Below, one piece after another: positions 29,210 to 38,225 of a DNA stretch of 64,000 nt. Every line of letters starts with the position of its first letter. Within the stretch, counting starts at the first letter, position 1. The stretch is taken from the NCBI GenBank assembly GCA_965223415.1, contig OZ245002.1, forward strand, positions 4,896,001 through 4,960,000, written 5' to 3'. The position numbers were made by a program, and so were the translations under genes. The stretch comes from Myxococcota bacterium (lineage in GTDB: Bacteria; Myxococcota_A; UBA9160; UBA6930). Below the pieces are notes generated by a model. That model was not told the origin of the DNA and searched no databases. It saw nothing but the letters and a program-made list of their open reading frames with translations.

Positions 29210-29674
29210 CTATCCGTCCCGGGACTTCGAACGCACTTGCTCGAAGGCCTTCTTGATATGTGGCGAACTGTCCGCGCGAACCTGCGGAACGCCTTCCTGC
29301 AGTTGTATCCAGCCCGGGAGATGGTCCTCGACCCCGAAATAGAACGAAGGGGACTCGATCTCGAGCGGCTCATCCAGCGTGCCGATAAAGATGCTCTCGA
29401 GGTTGCTCATGTCCCCGGTCGCATAGCTGTGCCCGATGTGCGTCCCACACTCCGGACAGAAGTGCCTCTCGAGAATTGGTGAGGTCATGAACCGGGCCGG
29501 TTCCCCCTTCGTGAACCGGAAGCTGTCGAGATCGAAGAAGGCGCCCGTTCCTGCAGCCATCCCCGTCCAACGCTGGCACATCCGGCAATGGCACATGCCG
29601 GTCGTGACGGGCGATTCCGTCGATTCATATCGGATCGCCCCACAGTAACAGCCCCCGGAGAATGTTCTGGGCAT
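29210..29674 (-). CDS. GFA/CENP-V family Zn protein
   Basis: GGCYCGAIRY, CHCRMCQR, FCPECG. Confidence 0.9.
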   Translation of the reverse strand: MPRTFSGGCYCGAIRYESTESPVTTGMCHCRMCQRWTGMAAGTGAFFDLDSFRFTKGEPARFMTSPILERHFCPECGTHIGHSYATGDMSNLESIFIGTLDEPLEIESPSFYFGVEDHLPGWIQLQEGVPQVRADSSPHIKKAFEQVRSKSRDG

Positions 29675-29862
29675 GGCTCTCCCCGATGCGACGTCTATTC
29701 GTAAGTCCTCGTCCATTGTCGCCTCTGCACCGGCAGCCTGTCCACCGGGGTTGCTTCTCACGCACTGATGGTTCGGACGAGGCCTTCCTCGGCGTGCGGA
29801 GATGAGTCACCGCGGGCGGGTGCCGAATCCCTTCGGACCTCGGTGACGGGTTGGTCATCGCT

Positions 29863-30522
29863 TCAGGAGCTTGGTCCCTCCTCGTAGTCGAGCGCATCGC
29901 GCGCCCGCTCGGCGATCGCTTCGTACACCGAGCGCGCCCAGGCCTCCTTCTCGTCATCGAGCTCGATGGTCTCCCAGTCTGAGACCGCCGCCTGGGCCCA
30001 CTCCCCCCACTCGCCGAGCGCGGTCGCCAAACGCGCGACCAGCTCGGCCACGAGCGCCGCCGTGTGGATCCGCTCGGGCACCGCGAAACCGTCTTCCAGC
30101 AGCGCCTCGGTCCCCGCGACGGCCTGGTGCAGCCACTCGGACCGACGTTGCCGCCCGCGCGCGAGCGTCTCGCGAAGCTGTTCGATGTCGCTGGCGGTCG
30201 CGTAGGCAATCTTGAGCGCGAACTCGAGTTCGAACGAGGCGGGGGGCGCCGGAACCGAGAGCCAGTGCGCGAGAGCGCGACGGCCGGCCGGCGTGATGCG
30301 ATACACGGTGCGCTCGCGTGCTCCCGAGCGCTCCTTGCGGCTCTTCGCGTAGCCCGCTGCCTCGAGGTCCTTGGGCGCCTGATAGATCTTGCTCTCGGCT
30401 CGCGGCCAGACGAAGCGGAGATTGCTGCTGGTCTTCATGTGGCGCGCGAGCTCGTAGGCGGACCAGGGGCGCGCGGCGAGCAGGCCGAGGATCGCGTAGG
30501 CGTTCGGACTCAGGTCGGGCAT
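29863..30522 (-). CDS. PadR-family transcriptional regulator
   Basis: YAILGLLA.RPWSAYEL, SKIYQ..LE..GY, YRITPAGRRAL. Confidence 0.9.
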   Translation of the reverse strand: MPDLSPNAYAILGLLAARPWSAYELARHMKTSSNLRFVWPRAESKIYQAPKDLEAAGYAKSRKERSGARERTVYRITPAGRRALAHWLSVPAPPASFELEFALKIAYATASDIEQLRETLARGRQRRSEWLHQAVAGTEALLEDGFAVPERIHTAALVAELVARLATALGEWGEWAQAAVSDWETIELDDEKEAWARSVYEAIAERARDALDYEEGPSS

Positions 30523-30532
30523 CGCAGAAATA

Positions 30533-30575
30533 TACTCCCTTAGGGAGTAATCTGTGTATACTCCCAATGGAAGCA
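30533..30575. promoter_or_regulatory. Palindromic operator(s) in a divergent promoter
   Basis: TACTCCCT-T-AGGGAGTA perfect palindrome at 30533-49 plus an imperfect second copy. Confidence 0.7.
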
Positions 30576-30606
30576 GATCTTCCAGCCCTCCGAGGAGGCG
30601 ACTGCG

Positions 30607-32070
30607 ATGACGAGCCCCGAGTCGATGATCCCGCCCGCCGTGGGCGATTATGAGGTCGACCGCCAGCGCCATTGCGCAGCGATGGGCGCGGGTCTTGGCG
30701 AGGAGGTCGCCCGGCTCGGTGCCGGCCCGGTCGAGATCGCCCGGATCCGGGACGAGCGCCTGCGCGGCCTGCTGGCCCACGCCCGCACTCACTCGCCGTG
30801 GCATCGCGAGCGCCTCGCCGGGCTCGAGGTCGACCGTATCTCTGCGGCCGACGTGAGCGCGCTGCCCTCCATGACGAAGGCCGACCTCATGGAGTACTGG
30901 GACGAGATCGTCTGCGACCCGCAGCTCGACCTGAAGCAGGTCGAGGCCCACATCGAACGCATCGCACACGACGGTCCGTCTTACCTGCACGACCGGTACC
31001 ACGCGCTCGCGACGGGCGGGTCGACGGGCAGGCGGGCCGTCGTCGTCTGGGACTTCGACGGCTTCAGGATCACCGGAACACGCTCGCCGGCGTGGAGCCT
31101 GTCGTGTAGCGTGCACCTGGGTCTGCCGACATCGTTGCCGATCGTCGCCTGCATCGTCGCGTCCAAGGGCGCGACACACCTCGGCGGCGCGGTGAACGCC
31201 TGCTTCTCCAACCCCGAGAGGGCAACCTACGTCTCGGTCGCCGCGTCCCAGCCGATGGAAGAGATCGTCCGGATCCTCGAGGAGGCGCAGCCGGTCGTCC
31301 TCAGCGGCTACGCGTCGACGCTGCAGCAGCTCGCGGAGCTGAAGCTCGCCGGTCGCCTCGATATCGCGCCGGCCCAGGTTGTCCAGGGAGGCGAGCCCTT
31401 CCTTCCCGAGGCGCGCGCCGCGGTCGACGCCGGCTTCGGATGTCCCGTACGCGACCAATGGGGAGCGTCGGAGATCGGCTGGGGCGGCTCGTCGTTCCCC
31501 GGGACGGAAGGCATCGTGCTCTGCGAGGATCTCGTGACCGTCGAGCCTGTCGATGGCGACGGGCGCCCTGTCGGCCTCGGTGAGCCGGCCGCGAAGCTGT
31601 TCGTCACCAACCTCGTCAACCGCGTGCTGCCGGTCATCCGCTACGAGATCAGCGACGAAGCGACGATGGTCGCCCCCGATCCCGACTGCCCCTGGACGGG
31701 GCATCGCCTCCTCGCGATTGAGGGCCGACGGGACGACGTGTTCACGTACGGCGATCGCACGGTCCATCCCCACGCGTTTCGCAGCGTGCTCACGACCCAC
31801 GGAGCCATCGCCGAGTACCAGGTGCGACAGACCGAGCACGGAGCCGATGTCGACGTCGTCGGAGCCGCACCCGGCGCGTGTGATGCGCTCGAAGGGTCGA
31901 TCGCGGGCGCGCTCGCCCGCGCGGGCCTCGACTCGCCCCTCGTCCGCGTCACGCCGGTCGAGTCGATCCCACGCCAGCCGAATAGCCACAAGCTGAGGCG
32001 CTTCGTTCCGCTCTCCCGACCGAACGCCTCCGGGGCGCCAGACAGTCGTTCTCGGAGAGACTGCGGATGA
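30607..32070 (+). CDS. Phenylacetate-CoA ligase family (adenylate-forming) protein
   Basis: ATGGSTG P-loop, WGASE, IRYEISD, GRRDD. Confidence 0.85.
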   Translation: MTSPESMIPPAVGDYEVDRQRHCAAMGAGLGEEVARLGAGPVEIARIRDERLRGLLAHARTHSPWHRERLAGLEVDRISAADVSALPSMTKADLMEYWDEIVCDPQLDLKQVEAHIERIAHDGPSYLHDRYHALATGGSTGRRAVVVWDFDGFRITGTRSPAWSLSCSVHLGLPTSLPIVACIVASKGATHLGGAVNACFSNPERATYVSVAASQPMEEIVRILEEAQPVVLSGYASTLQQLAELKLAGRLDIAPAQVVQGGEPFLPEARAAVDAGFGCPVRDQWGASEIGWGGSSFPGTEGIVLCEDLVTVEPVDGDGRPVGLGEPAAKLFVTNLVNRVLPVIRYEISDEATMVAPDPDCPWTGHRLLAIEGRRDDVFTYGDRTVHPHAFRSVLTTHGAIAEYQVRQTEHGADVDVVGAAPGACDALEGSIAGALARAGLDSPLVRVTPVESIPRQPNSHKLRRFVPLSRPNASGAPDSRSRRDCG

Positions 32071-32987
32071 CGGACACGACCACAGCCCTCGCCGAGCACC
32101 TCTTCTACCCCGTCTTCGTGTACGGGCGGGGCATCCTCATCTTCTGGCTCTGCGTTGCGTTCGGCGCCGACAACCCGCAGCTGTTGCCACTGCTGATGCT
32201 GGCCTTCCTGATCGGCAGCCTCGCGATCCTGGCCGTTGCAGAGCGCCTGCTTCCCTACCGGACCGACTGGCTCGAATCCGGCGACCCACAGATCTGGAAC
32301 GACGTGGGCCACTCGTTCGTCTACCTGGTGGTGGGGACGCGTCTCGGCCAGATCCTCGTGCTCTCCACCGCCATCGCGCTCGTGGGCAGCGCCGAGGCGC
32401 GGCTCTGGACGGGCGTGTGGCCCGACGCCTGGCCGCTCGGCGCCCAGATCGCGCTCGTGATCGTCCTAGGCGACGTGCTCGAGTACGGGTACCACCGGCT
32501 CTCGCATACCCTCTCGTGGATGTGGCCGATCCACGTGCTGCACCACACGCCGGACCGCATCCACGCGCTCAAGACGTACCGGCACCACTGGCTCTACTCG
32601 CTGCTACGAAGCCTCTTCGTGGGCCTGCCCCTCATGCTCGCGGGCGCACCACTGGGCATGCTGGTCTGGCCCGCAGTGGCGATCTCCATCGTCGGGTCGA
32701 TCTCACACGCCAACGTCCGTCTTAGGATGAGCCCCTTCTGGTACCGCGTGCTCAACACGCCGGAGCTCCACCGTATCCACCACTCCGTCGATCCCGCGCA
32801 CCACAACGCCAACTACTGCTTTGTGCTGCCGATCTGGGACCTCCTCTTCGGCACCTTCGTCGCACCCGAGCAGACGACGGTCCGTACTACCGGTCTCACC
32901 GACGATCCCGTTCCCAACGGCTTCCTGCGCCAGCTCGCCCTGCCACTGACCCTTCGACGCGAGAATACCTCCGAGATAGATCACTAG
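32067..32987 (+). CDS. Sterol desaturase/fatty acid hydroxylase family
   Basis: YHRLSH, HVLHH, HRIHH His boxes. Confidence 0.9.
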   Translation: MTDTTTALAEHLFYPVFVYGRGILIFWLCVAFGADNPQLLPLLMLAFLIGSLAILAVAERLLPYRTDWLESGDPQIWNDVGHSFVYLVVGTRLGQILVLSTAIALVGSAEARLWTGVWPDAWPLGAQIALVIVLGDVLEYGYHRLSHTLSWMWPIHVLHHTPDRIHALKTYRHHWLYSLLRSLFVGLPLMLAGAPLGMLVWPAVAISIVGSISHANVRLRMSPFWYRVLNTPELHRIHHSVDPAHHNANYCFVLPIWDLLFGTFVAPEQTTVRTTGLTDDPVPNGFLRQLALPLTLRRENTSEIDH

Positions 32988-33079
32988 GGCGGCGTGGGGT
33001 CGTACTCCATGAGGTGGCGCGTGCGTGCTCGGTGTGTGCGGACTCACTGGCACGCCGGGAGGGATTCGAACCCCCGACC

Positions 33080-34541
33080 CTTGTATCTACTCCACTCACC
33101 CGGATCTGGTTCAATAGGGTCAGAACGGGTTTCGGGGGAGGGTCGCCGTCCCGACCCAGAGGCATGGTCCTCGTACCTGAGAGAGGCGCCCTCGCCCGAT
33201 CTCGCAAGCTCGAACGGTATCCCGAGGCAGCGGTCTGCCGCTCGTCCTCGCATGCACAAGGAAGAGCACCGAGGTCGGCACCGAGGCTCCCGACGCTCCC
33301 GTTCGAGGAGGAAGAAGGGGATGCGCTTCGTTGGGATCGACATCGCCTCGGAAACGCACGTCGTCGCGATGGTGGGAGAAGACGGGGGCGTGCTGCTGAA
33401 GCCGGTCTCGTTCCGGGAGGAGGCGGCTGGCTACGCACTGCTGTGGGAGAAGCTGGGAGGCCCCGAGGACACGCTCGTAACGCTCGAGGCAACGGGGCAC
33501 TACTGGAAGAACCTGTTCGCGGCGCTTGCGGCGAGGGGTTTTGCCGTGGCGTTGATCAACCCGCTGCGCAGTCGCCGGTTCGCACAAGAAGACTTGGAGC
33601 GGACGAAGACCGACGCAATCGATGCGCTCGGCCTGGCTCGCTTCGGAGCACAGAAGCGTCCGAGGGTGACTCGCCTTCCGGACGCGGCGACAGAAGAGCT
33701 TCGTGAGCTCGTCCGGCTCCGCGATCGTCTGGTTCAGGACTTCGGGGACTGCACCCGGCGGCTCCACCGCATGGTCGATCTGGGCTTCCCAGAGCTCAAA
33801 CGGTACGTGAAGCACCTCGATAGCCAGCTGTCGACGGGGCTGCTGCGGGAGTACCCCACGGCAAGAGCCTTCCAGGAAGCCTCTGTGGGGCGCGTGGCAA
33901 AGCTTCGCTACGACGGTCGTCATCGTGTAGGCGATGCGCTCGCGAAGCAGCTCGTCGAGGCTGCGCAGAACTCGGTGGGCGCCCATCATGGCCCGGCCTA
34001 CCAGGTGCAGGTGCGTTACCTGTGCGAAGACATGGACGTCTTGCGCAAGAGACTCGGCGACATCGACCGCGACATCGCGGATCAGCTATCCGCGCACGAG
34101 GTCGGAAGCTTGCTGACGACGATCGATGGGATCGGGCCGACGACGGCAGCACGGCTCATCGCGGAGCTCGGTGACCCGGCCGACTTCGCCACGGCCGCAG
34201 CCCTCGCCGCCTACGTGGGCGTCGTTCCAGGCCTAAAGCAGTCGGGCAAGCGCCAAGGCAAACGCGGGAACCTCTCGCCAATCGGTCACGCGCGGCTACG
34301 TCGCGCACTGTGGATGCCGACGTTGGTCGCCGTTCGGAAGAACCCCTGGGTGCGGGCCCACTACGAGCGGCTGCGCGACAACGGCAAGCCCGCAAAGGTC
34401 GCGCTGATCGCCTCGACGAGGAAGCTGCTCATCGCGGTTCACGTCGTGGCGAGGACCCGCAAGCCCTTCGTTCCACAGCTAGAGACCAACCCATGAACCG
34501 AGAAAACCGGGCCCAGCCCCTTGCTGAAGATCACGGTATCT
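33080..34541 (+). mobile_element. IS110-family element copy 3
   Basis: Same sequence as copy 1; CT cores at 33080-81 and 34540-41. Confidence 0.95.
33321..34496 (+). CDS. IS110 recombinase/transposase
   Basis: Protein identical to copy 1. Confidence 0.95.
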   Translation: MRFVGIDIASETHVVAMVGEDGGVLLKPVSFREEAAGYALLWEKLGGPEDTLVTLEATGHYWKNLFAALAARGFAVALINPLRSRRFAQEDLERTKTDAIDALGLARFGAQKRPRVTRLPDAATEELRELVRLRDRLVQDFGDCTRRLHRMVDLGFPELKRYVKHLDSQLSTGLLREYPTARAFQEASVGRVAKLRYDGRHRVGDALAKQLVEAAQNSVGAHHGPAYQVQVRYLCEDMDVLRKRLGDIDRDIADQLSAHEVGSLLTTIDGIGPTTAARLIAELGDPADFATAAALAAYVGVVPGLKQSGKRQGKRGNLSPIGHARLRRALWMPTLVAVRKNPWVRAHYERLRDNGKPAKVALIASTRKLLIAVHVVARTRKPFVPQLETNP

Positions 34542-34688
34542 CAGGTTCGAAGCCTGGGGCTAAATCGAGACGGAGCAGGTAGTTGGCCGGCTGCGATCGG
34601 GAATGCTCGGGAATCTACGGGAATGCGGGCACGATCTGGTCACAACCCGAGTGAGATCGATCTGGCGCACAGGATGGGCCAACGATCT

Positions 34689-35144
34689 TCAGTGCTTGTG
34701 TTGATGCTCGTGAGAATCCTCTTCTCCGAAGGTCGCGACAAGTCCGCTGATCACGTCAGCGCGGTCATCATCCGAAAGCCGTGCGCCCGGATGTAGCGGT
34801 AGATAGAACCAAGGTGGCATCTCGCCGTCCCGGACGAGCTCCCCGGCCTTGTCTCCGTGGTTCTCCTTCTCTCCCCACTCGGAGACGTTGAAGTGCGAAC
34901 GGCCTTCTTCGACGTCCCATTGGACTAGCCAGGAGGACGGCGCTACGAGGCTGTACCACGGCCACTCAGTCTCGTTGCTGTGGCAATCCTTGCACGCTCG
35001 AAAGAAGAGCTCTCGCGTGCGAGGCCGGTCCCAAGCTGGCTCTCGAATGATCTCCGGATTCGATCGATCGCGCCCGTACGGAACGACCTGAACGACCAGC
35101 AGGAGACCGGCGATCAGCGAGAGGGAGAATCGGATCTTCCGCAT
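34689..35144 (-). CDS. Heme-binding domain (Haem_bd) cytochrome c
   Basis: ACKDCHSNET.WPWY, GEMPPWFY. Confidence 0.9.
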   Translation of the reverse strand: MRKIRFSLSLIAGLLLVVQVVPYGRDRSNPEIIREPAWDRPRTRELFFRACKDCHSNETEWPWYSLVAPSSWLVQWDVEEGRSHFNVSEWGEKENHGDKAGELVRDGEMPPWFYLPLHPGARLSDDDRADVISGLVATFGEEDSHEHQHKH

Positions 35145-35210
35145 GGATGCTCCTCGGTCCGACGATAGAGGACCGAACGCCACTCCGGCAGTGACCGGTG
35201 GCCTCAGGGG

Positions 35211-35486
35211 TCAGGCCCGTCGCGTGAAGGGCTCGAAGAACGACAGCAGTCGATGCTTCACGACGACGAGCACGACGAAGACCAGCACCTCCTCGATGAA
35301 GAACTGCATGCCGGAGATGAAGCCGGCCAGGACCAGCCCAAGAAGGGTCACCGAGACCCACACGAAATCCTGAACCTGGTCGCAACAGATGTCGCAGACC
35401 GGGAGTCGAAAGAGTCGCACGCCGGTGCTCATACGGCAGAAGAGACAGCGCCAAGAGAGTTGGTCGGAATCCGTAATGGCTCGCAC
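35211..35486 (-). CDS. Small Cys-motif membrane protein
   Basis: CLFC..CDIC followed by two TM segments; start uncertain. Confidence 0.45.
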   Translation of the reverse strand: MRAITDSDQLSWRCLFCRMSTGVRLFRLPVCDICCDQVQDFVWVSVTLLGLVLAGFISGMQFFIEEVLVFVVLVVVKHRLLSFFEPFTRRA

Positions 35487-35686
35487 CTCGGAATGGGAAC
35501 GCCTGCGGCGGGAGAGTGACGACCCGCCGGGTTCCGCTGTCGATACCCGCGCGACGCTCGCCAGGTCAAGGCCGGAGAGCCTCGATCCGGCACTTCGTTC
35601 CGTTGTACCTCGGTGGACGTCTGAAAACCGGCCAAAGGTGGACGTCTCAAAGGCGGCCAAAGGGCCGCGCCCAGGACAGAGGGGTT

Positions 35687-36448
35687 CTACCGCGCCGGGG
35701 CCTCCTTCGGCAAGGCGGTGGTCTTCTTGGTGCGCCAGCTGCGGGGTCCGCACTTGAGCAGGTGGCCGTGGTGGAGGAGGCGGTCGAGCATGGCGGTGAC
35801 GGCTGCCGTGTCGCCGAGGAGCCGGCCCCAGTCGTCGACGGGTCGGTTCGAGGTGACGAGGGTGCTGGTGCGCTCGTAGCGGCGCATGATCAGCTCGAGG
35901 AGGTCCTCGGCGGCCGTGGTGGGGAGCTTGCGCATGCCGAGGTCGTCGAGGATGAGCAGCGGCACGCTCGCGATCTCGGCCAGGTACTCCTTGCGGGTGC
36001 CGTCGAGGGTCGCATCAGCGAGTTCCTCGAGGAGGACGTGGACCTCGCGGTAGGCGACGCGATGGCCCTGGTGGATGACGGCGAGGCCGATCGCCTGGGC
36101 GAGATGGCTCTTGCCCGTGCCCGGCGGGCCGAGGAAGACAGCGTCCTCGGCTTGCTCGAGGAAGCGGCCCGTGGCGAGCTCGAAGACCAGGGCGCGATCG
36201 ATCTTCGTATTGAAGCGGAAGTCGAAGCCGTTGAGGGTCCGGTTGGCGTCGCGGAAGCGGGCCTGCTTGATGCGCCGGGCCAGCAGTCGGTCCTGCCGGC
36301 GCTCGAGCTCGTCCTGGACGAGCGCCGAGAGCAGGTCGATGGCCGCCCACTCGCCCTTCTGGGCTTCGAGGAGCCGCATCTCCAGATGCTCGGCCATGCC
36401 CGAGAGCCGGAGCTTGCGCAGTGCGGGATCGAGTTCAGTCAGATTCAC
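35687..36448 (-). CDS. istB: IS21 helper ATPase IstB
   Basis: GPPGTGKSHLA, LILDDLG, AMLDRLLHH. Confidence 0.95.
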   Translation of the reverse strand: MNLTELDPALRKLRLSGMAEHLEMRLLEAQKGEWAAIDLLSALVQDELERRQDRLLARRIKQARFRDANRTLNGFDFRFNTKIDRALVFELATGRFLEQAEDAVFLGPPGTGKSHLAQAIGLAVIHQGHRVAYREVHVLLEELADATLDGTRKEYLAEIASVPLLILDDLGMRKLPTTAAEDLLELIMRRYERTSTLVTSNRPVDDWGRLLGDTAAVTAMLDRLLHHGHLLKCGPRSWRTKKTTALPKEAPAR

Positions 36449-38024
36449 GAGAGGTCTCCTCGGTGCGGCGATCGATGAGATCGCGGTAGTGGGTGAGCTG
36501 GCGGATGAGCGGGTCCACCTGCTTGAGCGAGAGCGGCAGCTCGGGCTGACGCTCCAGGTAGCGCTTGACGAACGCGTAGGTGGGCAGCTCGAGGGCCAGG
36601 GCGGTGGCGCAGGCATCGTCGACGCGAGGGATGCCGTGGCGCTTGCACAGGGAGAGCACGCCCAGGATGCGACGCACCCCGGGCTCGCCGTCCAGGCGAT
36701 GGATCGCCTCACACACCTCGCCCACGTGGACGCCGGCGCGCCGGGCCCGCGCGAGCAGCTGGAGGGTCGTGGCCGGCGTCCGCTTCGGGCGGTCCTCCTC
36801 CCGCATCCTGCGGCGCCCCCGCCTCTGGCGGACGTGCTCGCGCAGCAGCTCCCCCGTCTGCAGATCGAGCATCCGCACCCGCAGCCCGTCCCATTGGACG
36901 GCCACCCGCCGCCCCAGCCAGCCCGGCGGCGCGTGGTAGTAGGCCCCCTCCACCTCGATGGCCCCGTCGAGGTGCACCGTGCGCTCGCCGTGCTGGTAGT
37001 AGCGGAAGGGCTCGATGGGAAGCCCGAGCAGGTGCGGCTTCTCCTCTTCGTACATCGCCGCCACCTGGCGCTTGGTCGTGCCGTGGATGCGGGTGTCGGC
37101 CCATCGGCGCTCCCAGCGGTCGAGGTAGGCCTGGGCCTGCTCGAGCGACTCGAAGCGCATCCCGCGGACCTTCTGCTGCGCGTGGCGCACCCCGGACTCG
37201 ACCTTCCCCTTGCGATCGGGGTGGCGCACCCGGCACGGAAGCGCCGTCACGCCGTAGTGGGCGAGCACATCGCGGTAGAGGGGGTTGAGCGCGGGGTCGT
37301 AGACGTCGGGCTTGAGAACGCCCTCCTTGAGGTTGTCGAGGACGACGGTGCGCGGTGCACCGCCCAGCCGGCGGAAGGCCTTCTCGTGCAGCTCCGACCA
37401 GACCTGGCTGCTCGACTTCCACACGAGCAGCCGAACGCACTTGCGGCTGTAGCCCAGGGTGAAGACGAACAGCCTCGTGCGCCGGTACTTCCCCGACCCG
37501 GGATGCCGCACCATCGGCCCGTCGCCGTAGTCGACCTGGCCCTCTTCTCCCGGTGCCGTCTCGATCACCGGGTGCGCCTCGCGCGGCGCCGCGGCTCGCT
37601 GCTTCGCCACGAAGCGCTTCACACTCGCATAGCTGAAGGCGAAGCCGTGGTCATCGACTAGGTCCTGCCAGATCGCCATCGCCGTCCGGCCCTGGCGCAC
37701 GCCCGCCTCGATCCACTCGCGGTAGGGCTCGCAGGCGCTGGCCTGGGGGCTCCGGCCCGGCATCGGCGGCCAGGCCGGATCGGTGGACGCCTCTTTGGCC
37801 GCTTTTGCCGGGGCCTTCGAGTCGGTGGACGCCTCTATGGCCGGGTTTGGGGCCCCGTGCCCCCAGCGACCAGGAGATCGCACCGCGATCCCCGCGGCCC
37901 GGAGGTAACGGCTCGCCGTCTCCCGGCGCACGCCCGTCGCCTCCTCGATCCGCCGAAGCGACCAGCCGAGGCGGCCAAGTGCCAGAATCTGCTCGCGTTT
38001 CTCGTTGCCCAGAAGGTTCGCCAT
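36435..38024 (-). CDS. istA: IS21 transposase IstA
   Basis: ETAPGEEGQVDYG, LDNLKEGV, RKGKVESGV. Confidence 0.95.
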   Translation of the reverse strand: MANLLGNEKREQILALGRLGWSLRRIEEATGVRRETASRYLRAAGIAVRSPGRWGHGAPNPAIEASTDSKAPAKAAKEASTDPAWPPMPGRSPQASACEPYREWIEAGVRQGRTAMAIWQDLVDDHGFAFSYASVKRFVAKQRAAAPREAHPVIETAPGEEGQVDYGDGPMVRHPGSGKYRRTRLFVFTLGYSRKCVRLLVWKSSSQVWSELHEKAFRRLGGAPRTVVLDNLKEGVLKPDVYDPALNPLYRDVLAHYGVTALPCRVRHPDRKGKVESGVRHAQQKVRGMRFESLEQAQAYLDRWERRWADTRIHGTTKRQVAAMYEEEKPHLLGLPIEPFRYYQHGERTVHLDGAIEVEGAYYHAPPGWLGRRVAVQWDGLRVRMLDLQTGELLREHVRQRRGRRRMREEDRPKRTPATTLQLLARARRAGVHVGEVCEAIHRLDGEPGVRRILGVLSLCKRHGIPRVDDACATALALELPTYAFVKRYLERQPELPLSLKQVDPLIRQLTHYRDLIDRRTEETSRESD

Positions 38025-38225
38025 GGCGGCGGGGGATCGCAGGTCCCTCGCCGTCGTCAACGTCCTGGGCGTCAGCCCCTATGGCCGCTTTTCAGACGTC
38101 CTTCTATGGCCGGTTTTGGGTGTCCACCGAGGGAGAGAGTCGAGGCGGGCGACGATCCCTTCGCGGTCGTCGAGGTCGAGGACGGGAGGCTCGGGCTGGG
38201 ACATGGCTCAGGAGTTCGCGGTGCG

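Larger units (their letters stand above)
33048..34643 (-). repeat. Junction repeat J7 (CCA-ended tRNA-Arg(UCG) 3' half interrupted by IS110, GGGAAT x3)
   Basis: tggcacgccgggagggattcgaacccccgaccct|IS|caggttcgaagcctg; gggaat at 34599/34609/34619. Confidence 0.9.
35604..38136 (-). mobile_element. IS21-family element (copy B, distinct from copy A)
   Basis: CCTCGGTGGAC..AAAACCGGCCA inverted ends with internal repeats, enclosing istAB; right tip approximate. Confidence 0.85.

Noticed and set aside
33048..34560. Intact tRNA-Arg(UCG) gene disrupted by IS110
   Set aside because: After removing the IS, the D-arm and 5' acceptor strand are still missing; the same holds for all other tRNA-like copies.
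15533..34643. CRISPR array
   Set aside because: Repeats are long, tRNA-derived and separated by whole genes; there are no constant-length spacers and no cas genes.
12270..35200. Classical integron
   Set aside because: The integrase has an arm-binding N-terminus (not IntI-like), and no RYYYAAC...GTTRRRY attC hairpins were recognised.
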